Positions 48,767 through 59,722 of a DNA stretch of 64,000 nucleotides are shown here, in pieces. Position 1 is the first letter of the stretch, and the number at the start of each line of letters is the position of its first letter. This stretch comes from Malacoraja senta. Taxonomy: Eukaryota. The notes beneath the pieces are model-generated. The model saw nothing but the letters and a program-made list of their open reading frames with translations, was not told where the DNA came from and searched no databases. The DNA lies in assembly GCA_038087875.1 (NCBI GenBank), contig CM075988.1, positions 13,330,001 through 13,394,000 of the forward strand. The letters run 5' to 3'. Both the position numbers and the translations under genes were made by a program.

Positions 48767-50513
48767 AATAATTGACAAGAAAATAGTATTTGTACCATGG
48801 ACTCCTACAGTAAAGTACAGAAAAATACGAATTAAACTTTATTGCTCCGTCTGTCTGAATTAGATCTGTTATAAATGATCTGCCGATTTCCCTTCAATGT
48901 TATGTAACCATAACCTTAAAACGCAATGATGCGGCTTTAAGCGGAACCCTATACAAATAAACACTACGTCGGATGTGTGTGTAAAGCGTGTACTTATTAA
49001 TTACACTCATTGCATTTTGTTAAAGGCAGAAACAAATTTATACAATATTGCAAATTATTTGCAGTGTTTACTGCATCAGTAGTGTTCATAGAAAGTTTGA
49101 ATACTTCACTAACTAGAATTTCAAACATGAAGACAATTTAGATTGTGTTATTCTCTTTATAGTATATATTGCATATGATATTTTCTATATAATATACGGT
49201 AAATGTAATCTTAATTATATAGTGTATGACTTTTAATTATACTGAATGTGTTATCCTATGTATAATATATACTACAAAACATTCTCTACATAACATATAC
49301 AATGTGTTGTACTGAACCATACATATTGTGTCTGTGTGTTATTTGCCACAAAGCTAAAGAATATGGAACTGTATTTTCATATTTATGTATTGCTTGCAAA
49401 CTTTTTAAATACAATCAACCCTTCTTATCTCCTCTACCTGCATAATATCTCCCTGTAGTCAGTCCATTAATAATTTCAGTAAATGTATTATAATCACAAA
49501 ATTCAAATTATGATTCAGAACATGGACAGTCATTTATAGAGTATATATCTATGTTATAGAGTATAACATAGAACAGGCCATAGAACTTGCTTTTAAATTC
49601 ATCAAATCCAGTTGATTGATATCAATAGAGAATCAAGTGGGATTACATTCCTGACTTTCAATGTCATTGTTTGAAATTTATCATATCCTCTTACACTACA
49701 TTGCACATGAAGCAATCTGGGACACCTAGGGCCAGGAAACATGCTATTTAATTCTATAACAGCGGTAACAATAATCACATCAAAGCATCAATGTATAAAC
49801 CATATTACACCAGTTAAAACTTAAAAGTTCCAACTTTCAATTTCAAAATAAATTGTACATCATTTCAGCAGGCCTATAAACTGAAAGTATGTCAGCCTGA
49901 AAAAGTGACTGATTTTACAAATATCAAATCAAGTAATCACCATTCTTTTAAGTTCACAAGTGATACTCAATCAAGTCTTCCAAACTAAAATATATCACTA
50001 CATGTTGACAGCACTTTCATCAGGACTCACAAAGCATCAGCATATTGGTTTGGAACATCAAAATTCCATACTGTAATGAGATATACTTGTATTAGTCTTC
50101 TATATATTTAGAACAATTATGATATGATTATTAGTGAAGATACCCAAGAAACTATTTATTTAGTCCACAGCAGTAAGTAAGCCTTATACTTGCTTCTTAG
50201 CTAACAGACCATACATGTCACACTTAGCAATTCACAACAGATAATCAAGTTATATTCTAGCTTTTTTTAGATTTGGTACAGAAATTCTGCCACATTACTT
50301 AGTTTCATAAAGATCTGCCTCTACAACCACACGTCTGTATCCATGAACTGGATTTAAAGTCATTTATTGAAGTCAGGAAGCCGTACTGAGTTCATTATAA
50401 TCACCAATGGTTACATAAACCAATCACTGCACAAGTTCTCTCTGCTAATCTCACACATACAGGCAGACATTTTTCCCCTCATAATTTGAAATTTAAAAAG
50501 ACCTGATAACACA

Positions 50514-50752
50514 GGTCGTATCTGGTCTTCTGCATCTCCAGACCTGAATGCCCGGGATCTGGACTTCAGAAGAGTGCGGATCTCATGGTTCATCCAAGGC
50601 TTCTGGGTAGGAAACACTCAGAAGGTTTTTGGTGGGACGCAGTCCTCCACACATTTCTTTATTGTCGAGGTCCATTGTCGAGTCCCTGAACATTGCCCAG
50701 TCTACAGACATCAAACAGACCTGGAGTTGTTCCTATGCCCCCCCCCCCCCCA
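50514..50752 (-). mobile_element. Rex1/Babar LINE fragment
   Basis: FPTQKPWMNHEIRTLLKSRSRAFRSGD; inverted relative to the element at about 51075-51350. Confidence 0.8.
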
Positions 50753-51054
50753 ACAGACACACAGGGTAATTAACTGTTCTGGTATTGTGGACATGGAACC
50801 GTGTGGCAAAATTAGGTCATTTTAAAAAGCACAGTCGAAAACTGAAATTCTCACCCCAAAAAATGTTCTAGTTGTTGGGACATCCAACACAAAGATCACT
50901 CCATCTTTATTTGTTTAGAGTATAAAGACATAAGGAGCTACAGTGGGCAATTGGAGTTAATCCCTCGCCCTCACTTCGATAAATCCGACCATAGTGCGGT
51001 GCTGTAGGCTTCATGCCTACAGGCAGCAATTGAAGAGCGCACCCCCCCCAGAGG

Positions 51055-52490
51055 TGAGGACTGTACTGAGCTGGTCGGGGGGGGGGGGGGGGCAGAGGTA
51101 CAACTCCAGGACTGTTTGTTGTCTGTAGACTTGGCAATGTTCAGGGACTCGACAATGGACCTGAATGAATACGTCACAGTCGTAACAGACTTCATCTAGA
51201 AATGTGTGGAGGACTTCGTCCCAACCAAAACCTTCCGAGTGTTTCCTAACCAGAAGCCTTGGATGAACCATGAGATCCGCACTCTTCTGTAGTCCATATC
51301 TCGGGCATTCAGGTCTGGGGATGCAGAGGTCTACAAGAAGTCCAGATACGACCTTGACAAGGCCATCAAAAAGGCCCAAAGGGACTTCTGCTCCAAGCTG
51401 GAGGATGAGACGGATGTTCGGCAACTGTGGCAGGGGTTGAATGCCATCACCTCCTACAAGGCGAAATCAGGAGGCAGCTCAATTATCAGCGAAGCATCAC
51501 TCCCTGATGAGCTCAATACGTTTTACGCACGCTTTGATAGGGAGAACACTGATGTGCCTTCCCGAGCACCCATTCGCTATGATGGTATTTCAGTCAGTCA
51601 CAGAGGTTAATGTCAGAAGATCCTTCAGGGGGGTGAACCCTCGGAAAGCGCCTGGACCTGATGGTATACCCGGCCGTGTTCTAAAAACCTGTATGGACCA
51701 ACTGGCTGAAGTTTTTACGGACATTTTCAACCTCTCAATTCTGAGGACTGAGGTTCCCACCATTTCCACGGTGGATGCGATCTCACTGGCTCTCCACTCC
51801 GATCTGGACCACTTGGACAACAGAAACTCATATGTCAGGCTGTTATTCATTGACTAAAGCTCGGCGTTTAACACCATCATCCCCTCCAAGCTGGTTACCA
51901 AGCTCTCAGATCTCGGTCTTTGTGCATCCCTCTGCAATTGGATCCTCGACTTCCTCATCCGCAGACCACAGTCTGTCTGTATTGGTGGAAATGTGTCATC
52001 CTCGATAACAATCAGCACTGGAGCACCTCAAGGCTGCATGCTTAACCTCCTGCTGTACTCACTCTATACTCATGACTGCGTAGCCGGACATAGTGCGAAC
52101 TCCATTATCAAGTTTTCCAATGACACCATTGCTGTGGGACGAATCACTGATGGTGACGAGTCAGAGTATAGAAGTGAGATCGACCGATTGACCAAATGGT
52201 GCCGGCATAATAACCTGGCTCTCAACACCAGCAAAACCAAGGAACTGATTGTGGACTTTGGAAGGGGTAGGATAGGGACCCACAATCCTGTTTATATGAA
52301 AGGGATGATGGTGGAAAGGGTCAAGAACTTCAAATTCCTGGGCGTGCATATTTCCGTAGATCTTTCCTGGTCCCAGCACACTGATGCAATTATAAAGAAA
52401 GCACATCAGCGCCTCTACTTCCTGAGAAGATTACGGGGAGTCAGTATGTCAAAGAGGACTCTCTCGAACTTCTACAGGGGCACAGTAGAG
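51055..52490 (+). mobile_element. Rex1/Babar LINE fragment (RT), internally deleted
   Basis: [58 protein letters not shown]; stops and frameshifts present. Confidence 0.9.
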
Positions 52491-53400
52491 AATGGAGATC
52501 TCTTATTGGGTTTCTATGGAGCTCAAGCTGAAACTAAATAAAAGGTTTAGTCAGACCGTTTTAATAGCTGTTTTTGTGCAATTTGATGAGCACAATCATA
52601 TTCAAAAAGTAATTGCCCAAACCTTTTACTGTGATGGAATGAATTATATTGAATAATTCATCAAATACAATATATATGGATGTAGGTTAGAATTAACTGT
52701 ATACTATCATTTTATAATTGCTACCCTAAAAAAAAATATATATATATACAAACCTTAATTATTTAAGTTGTTTAAAAGGTAGTTATTTTGTTGAGACAAA
52801 ACATTCTGATGTTTAGTTGATGAATGGCTTCAAATCCACTCACTAATGCCTTAAGTTTCATGTGTTTTTGGCTTAGATTGCTTATGATTTTAAAAGGTCA
52901 ATCTCTATCAGACGTACCTTAGCATGGCTTGTTGGTTGCTGTTGAATATCACATTTGTGCAATAGTAATTGTTTAGACAAGGAACTAAGAAATTAACTTT
53001 ATTCCGTTTCTGGGTGTAAAAAGTGTGTTAATTTAACAAATTGTTGCTTTACTCAAATTAATAGATGGAGAATCATCTTGAAGTTTCTAGAATACACTCC
53101 ACAAGGGAAGGTACACATTTAGAAAATTAACCTCCAAAATGCTGATGGAAAATGGTGGAGACAAATAAACTATTATAGGTCTAAATTGGGCAAAATAGGT
53201 GCAGATTATTTAATCCAATGAAGCCAATTGCATTACTCACTCATTATAACAATCTCTGCATTAAATCAGGAAGGTTTGTGCTGTACTTTGCTTATCACCT
53301 CAGGAGAGGTTTCAATTTAATGAATGACACCACTGATCCAAGCGATCCTGCATTGATTAAGATCAGCTAGTTGTGGTTAAAGGAGAAACATATTGGCATT

Positions 53401-53833
53401 TCAAAAGGTTTGGAAGTCATCCTGGAGATGATGGAACTCTGTAAAGCCATCAAAATGGGAGCAGATTGTTTGGGCAATGTGCCAGAGTCCCCAGTGGAGA
53501 AGAGACACATATATTGCTATCCAAAAGCCTCTTGGATGTTCGGTGTTAAGCTCGAGGAAAAGGATAACTGTGGAGACCTATGAAAACAGTTACATCCACT
53601 GGAGCTAGATGACGTACCACAATAAGTTCAGTGGCTTCATGTATTGTTAAAGAAAGTGAATATATCGTCAAATCCCATATTCCACCAGCTACACCACTTG
53701 ACATATCTATTAGGTCAAGACACCAAATGTTCATCATTCATTTGCCTCTAGCACATTGCCCAAACAATCTGCTCCCATCTTGATCAATTTGCGGAGTTCC
53801 AACCATCTCCAGAATGACTTCCACCCCTTTTGA
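53401..53833. mobile_element. MITE-like element with about 87-bp inverted repeats
   Basis: 53401-53487 is the reverse complement of 53746-53833 with scattered mismatches. Confidence 0.65.
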
Positions 53834-54034
53834 CTTCCCCAAAGGCGTCTGTGCAACAGGATTATCAATTAACACTCCATCATTGAAGCAAGATCCAAAA
53901 TAGCCTTTCTCCCTCTCTGGTTACTCTGCACATTGTTCTGGGAGATGGGACTATTTCATGAAGGCACTTTAGTCAGCAAGGATGAGTTGGACTAAAGGGC
54001 CTATTTCTGTGTTATGTAACTATGATTCTAAATA

Positions 54035-54385
54035 TTTGTTGTATTGTATTGTATTGTATATTTTAATGACCACACAGCCAGGCTGGTGGAATTTGTTATC
54101 AGTACAGCTCGGTACAGGTTCCAACATTTCATCAACATTAAACTTATAACATAGATGTACATACAGACAGACACATTACATAAGACATAAGTGCCATGCT
54201 TATTCTTATTCCTCACCGTACAGAGTTTAAAATGTTAATTGCAGTGGGAATGAAACTGTTTTTGAGGCGGTTGTTTTGGAGGCAATTGACCTGTAACGCC
54301 TCCCAGAGGGCAGTAGCTGAAAGGCATAGTGTGCAGGGTGGGTAGGATCAGAGATGATCTTGCGGGCTCTGTGCAGTGACCGTTT
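54035..54385 (-). mobile_element. Rex1-like LINE 3' end
   Basis: (tattg)n tail; decayed HPAHYAFQLLPSGRRYRS on the minus strand. Confidence 0.6.
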
Positions 54386-56000
54386 GTGTTCAGTCTTTAA
54401 GTAGGTTAAAACCTGTCATAGTCATTGTAATACCTCTCAAACCTGCGCCACTGATTTCCCGATTAATGCCACCTCCAATGTTACTATTTGGTGGCCTATA
54501 AGTACCCCCTACCAATGTTTTTAGACCTTTATTATTTCTTAGATCAACCATTCTCTAATCTCCTCCCTTAGATTGCTCCCTTTTTCTTTCTGACTATCCT
54601 TTGAGTGTGTCACCGATCCTGGTACATTCAGTTCCCAGCTTTGGTCAGCTTACAAGCATGTTTCCAAATCCCCATTCTGCAAAGTCATTTTTTGGCCTTA
54701 AGTGATAATTGAAGATCTTTCACACTTACTAGGCAACCAACAGCCTGACATTGCCATATTCATAGAATCATTCTCGATAGAAATGTAGACATTTCCATTA
54801 CCATCTCTAGGTGTATGTCCTCTAGATGGCTAAAATGGGGTAATGTAATTCCCTGGGTGTTCTCAAAATTAATTTTGAACCCCATAAACCATAGAGTTGT
54901 AGATCATGCAAAACTTATGGGATAGCAAGCTTAAGGGGCTGAGTAGCCTACTTTTCCCATTTCTTATATTCTGTCACCTCATAAATATTTTTCTGTCATG
55001 TTGTAATATTACTCTTAAATAAAACTGATTAAACAATCAATATTAAAGCATCTTGAAAGTTCCAAAATAAAAATACGAATGAATTGTTTAATATTTTGCT
55101 TGAACTCACTTGCAATACATATTTGTTATTAATGGCTTTACTTAAAGCTTGAATCGTTCACCTTTAAAAAAAAACTAACATTGAACATCTGATGGTAAAT
55201 TGATGGCTTTCTACACTCCTGTAATAAAGACAGGACCAGCGGTTGTCAGTGCTGTTTACTAGAGAAACACAAAGATTACCGTTGAGTCCAAAAAAGCTTT
55301 TCACAATTAAAGATCAGTTCAGTTCTTGACCATTTTTATCACTACCATCTGTATGGGGAGAAAATAACTGTAAATTATCCATGTGAATTCAAAGGATAAA
55401 AAGAATAGCATCTGAACCTTCAATAAATTGCTGTTACTATAATTATCATAGAGCAAAAAGACGAGAAAATGGTCATTTATATGATTTACGGCTTTTAGTG
55501 ATATGTTTTCAAAATCAGCAAATGGACTTTTGGCATTGGGTATATATTCTACTCTCTAACCTCTGGTCTGGTGTTGCATTATCTAATTTTGTATCTGGAA
55601 TCTCAGATCTATAAAACTCAAATTTTGCGTTGAATTGTTAAAATCATAATGGAAAAAAGTATTACAGGTTGAACTTTATGCCTATGGGGAAATCAAAAGA
55701 ATCCCTCCATACTCCCCACACCACTATTCTCCAGTGTAATGAAGATAGACACAAAATGCTGGAGTAACTCAGGCAGGCATTTCTGGATATCACTATTCAC
55801 TACATTCACTATTAATAAGACGTTCACATTGAAGATCCAGTTGCTGATAACTGCATTCATATTTACATTCTGGTTTAAACATAAATTTAGCAATCTTCTT
55901 ACCTCTCTAGTTAGCTACCTATATTTTTTAATTCACTTTGTTGAAACCACAACATGACAGTGTGGCCCTTAAATTCAGATCACACCATGGTCTTTCTATA

Positions 56001-56214
56001 TTGTTTAAGAAGGAACTGCAGATGCTGGAAAATCGAAGGTAGACAAAAATGCTGGAGAAACTCAGTGGGTGCAGCAACATCTCTGGAGCGAAGGAAATAG
56101 GCAACGTTTCGGGCTGACGTCTGAAGAAGGGTTTCGGCCCGAAACGTTGCCTATTTCCTTCTTTCCATAGATGCTGCTGCACCCGCTGAGTTTCTCCAGC
56201 ATTTTTGTCTACCT
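56001..56214. mobile_element. Fold-back Penelope-derived short element (UUCG-loop subfamily) with 14-bp TSD
   Basis: atggtctttctata at 55987-56000 and 56215-56228; hammerhead-like core at 56121-56148. Confidence 0.85.
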
Positions 56215-56283
56215 ATGGTCTTTCTATACCTGCTGGACATTTGAAAACTTCATCAGGAGAAAGAAAACGAGGAAGAACATATG

Positions 56284-57204
56284 TTGTAGGAAGGAACTGC
56301 AGATGCTGGTTTAAACCGAAGATAGACACAAAATGCTGGAGTAACTCAGGCAGCATCTCTGGAGAGAAGAAATGGGTGACATTTCGGGTCAAGACCCTTC
56401 TTCAGATTGAATCAGGAAAGAGGGAGATAAGGAAATGTAAGATGTGAAAACAAGACAAAGGAGATGAGATCAAGGAAAATGTAGAATAGATCATTGTTAG
56501 CTAGGAGAAGGTAACAACAAAGCAGAGATCAAATGTAAACGAGGAGAATCAGACTAGTTGGAGAACTGGGAAGGGGGAAGGGATGGGGAGAGAGGGAAGG
56601 CAAATGTTACTTGAAGTTAAAGAAGTCAATATTCAAATATATCTCCTATATACCGGCGAGACCAAGCGCAGGATCAGCGATCGTTTCGCTGAACACCGCT
56701 CTGTCCGCCTAAACCTACCTGATCTCCCGGTTTCTAAATACTTTAAATCTCCCTCCCATGCCTACACTGACCTATCTGTCCTGGGCCTCCTCCATTGTCA
56801 GAGTGAGGCCTACCACAAATTGGAACATCACCTCATATTTTGCTTGGGCAGCTTACACCCCAGCGGTATGAATATTGACTTCTCTAACTTCATGTAACAG
56901 CCTACGCTCTCTCTCCATCCCTGCCACCTTCCCAGTTCTCCGACTAGTCTGACTGTCCTTGTTTACTTTTTATCTCTGTTAGCTTTGTTGTTACCTTCTC
57001 CCTGTTAACAATGATCTATTCTACATTTTGGTGAACTTCATCCCCTTTGCCTCATCTTCACACCTTATATTACCTTATCTCCATATCACCCTCTCCCCTG
57101 ATTCAGTCTGAAGAAGGGTCTCGACCCGAAACATCACCCATTCATTCTACCAGAGAGATGCTGCCTGAGATGCTAAGTTACTCCAGCATTTTGTATCTAC
57201 CTTC
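56284..57204 (+). mobile_element. Penelope-like element: GIY-YIG remnant between inverted terminal arms, 14-bp TSD
   Basis: YTGETKRRISDRFAEH...PDLPVS.YF.SPSH..TDLSVLGLLHC...HLIFCLGSLHPSGMNIDFSNF (about 56645-56897); aggaagaacatatg at 56270-56283 and 57205-57218. Confidence 0.88.
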
Positions 57205-57741
57205 AGGAAGAACATATGATTGCCGAGACAGAACAGGGAGAGAGGAAAATTAAAGGATGATAATTATTAATTTTTAATGTCCGAAAGAATATCAAATAGT
57301 TATTACATTTAAAATAAAAATACATATTTTTCTGCAATTTAGTTGGTAGTTATCTTTCAAATACAGAAACAACAAACTATCCAATCCTATTTATTGACAG
57401 AAAAGATATAGAAAATTTAGTTTTGTAAAGTTAGTTCCTCAAGTCAAACTGCAAATTTTGGATAATGGCATTTAAATTCTCCAAACTTGATGGTATGTCT
57501 TTGCCAGATAAATATATATATATTTTTTTTAATTTATTTTTTATTTTTACACTAGAAAAGAAAAAGATTGAAAGAAAGAAGAAAGTGAAGGAAAAAGTGA
57601 GAGTGTAGAAAATGTGACAACAAAAAAGCACGAAGACCCTATAAGAACAAAATTAAAAAAAAAAAAAAAAGAGTTAAGAAATAGACCCTAGAAAAGAAAG
57701 AAAAAGAGAAAGAGGAAAAAGAGAGATAAATATGATCACTA

Positions 57742-57957
57742 TGTGGTGCGTAGGTCCCGAAATGAAAGCGAGGAGCCAGGTATTTCGGGAGGCACCTTTA
57801 TTTATGTCCTTCCAGGTTGTAGGGAAGTCCACGAGAGAAAGATGGCACCCAAACCCTTGCCTTTAAACCCTCTGGTTAAGGGCCGCCTCTGGACTGAACC
57901 ATTCCCGTGCCGAGGGGTTTGACAGTTAGGATGGCCCGACCCTTGGGAGCCACCACA
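57742..57957 (-). repeat. 3' LTR (216 bp) of the Gypsy element
   Basis: TGTGGTG...CACCACA terminal inverted repeat, G-rich polypurine tract immediately upstream on the minus strand (about 57961-57973), AATAAA on the minus strand at 57797-57802. Confidence 0.88.
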
Positions 57958-58540
57958 GGACCCCCCCCCCCCCAGAACCCGAGGCACGAAACGCACCGGC
58001 GGGCGCACGACCCGGCCGGACCGCGTGCGGAAGTCAGCCGACCGGGGGGCTGGCGGAGGCACAGGTGGAAGGACAGGTCGAGGGACAGGTCGAGAGACCG
58101 GCGGGAGGACAGGTGGAGTGACAGGTGGAGGGAGCCGTGAAGGGGGGCGCCCTCGAGGCCGAGGCTGGTCAATGTCCAGATGTGCCGGCTTCAACCGGTC
58201 AATCGACACGGCCTCCGGCCGGCCCCCCATGTCCAACACAAAGGTCGTCTGCCCGTGTTCCAGCACCCGGAACGGGCCCTCGTACGGCCTCTTGAGTGGC
58301 ATCACGGCACAGGAAAACGTATGAGCAGTCCCGGAGGGCTGATGGCACGTGCGGGCGAAATGTCCCATGGCGGGACGTCGGGACGGGTGCGAGCCTGCCA
58401 ACTCGCTCGCGAAGGCGCTTTAAGGTGGATGAAGGCGTTCCCTGCTGCCCCGGCGCCGACGGCACGAACTCTCCGGGCACCGTGAGTGGCGACCCGTAAA
58501 CGAGCTCCTCTTTAGGAGCAGTTCGGATGCCCAGCATGAC

Positions 58541-59722
58541 TCATGGCAACTCGTCCATCCAGTCCGGGCCGGAGAGTCGCGCCTTCAGCGCTGCCTTGAG
58601 CTGTCGGTGGAACCTCTCCACCAGTCCGTTAGCTTGCGGGTGATAAGCCGTGGTGTGGTGCAGCCGCACCCCCAGCAAGCGAGCCATGGCCGACCACAGC
58701 TCGGAGGTGAACTGTGGCCCCCGGTCTGAGATGTGCGCCGGCACCCCAAAGCGAGCAATCCAGTGCGCGGACAACGCATGAGCGCACGTAGCCGTTGACG
58801 TGTCGGCCAATGGTATGGCCTCCGGCCACCGCGTGAAGCGGTCCACCATCGTGAGGAGGTGGATGATGCCCCGGGGCGGCGGGAGAGGCCCCACAATGTC
58901 CATGTGGAGATGGTCGAATCGCCGGTGAGGTAGACCGAACTCCCGGAGGGGCGCCCGGACATGGCGCTGGATCTTCGCCGTTTGGCACGGAATGCAGGTG
59001 CGAGCCCAGTGGCCAACCTGCTTGCGCAGACCGTGCCACATGAAACGAGCGGCCACTAGTGTCGTCGTCGCCCGGATTGATGGGTGAGACAGCCCATGGA
59101 TAACCTCGAAAACCCTCCGGTGCCAGGCGGCAGGGATGATGGGGCGCGGCTGACCGGAAGACACTTCGCACAGGATCGTCGCCCCTCCAGGACCGAGAGG
59201 GACATCCTCGAGGCGAAGACCGGAGATGGCAGTCCGGTAGGCGGGCATCTCACCGCCCGTGAGCTGCGCCTCCGCCAGGGCAGAATAGTCAATTCCGGGC
59301 GCCACCTCGAACACGGCGTCGATAACGGGGCGGGACAATGCGTCGGCCACCCGGTTCTCTTTCCCCTCGACGTAGCGGATGGATGTGGTGTATTCAAAAA
59401 TGTAGGCCAATTGCCGCTGCTGTCGTGCGGACCAGGGGTCGGAAACCTTCGCCAGGGCGAAAGTGAGCGGCTTGTGGTCTGTGTAGGCGGTGAACGGGCG
59501 GCCCTCCAGGAAGTAACGGGAGTGGCGCACTGCCAGGTACAGAGCCAGGAGCTCGCGATCGAACGCGTTGTATTTGGTCTGACGCGGTTGAGGTGCCGGC
59601 TGAAGAAGGTCAGGGGCCGCCAACCTCTGTCCGTCAGTTGCTCCAGCACGGCACCAACCGCCGACTCCGAGGCGTCCACCGTGAGAGCAGTCGGGGCATC
59701 TTCCCGCGGGTGCACCAGCAGT
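58541..59722 (-). pseudogene. Gypsy pol remnant (RNase H-integrase), frameshifted
   Basis: Long open frame 58541-59797 carries the integrase core; the RNase H N-terminus and integrase C-terminus lie in other frames. Confidence 0.8.
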
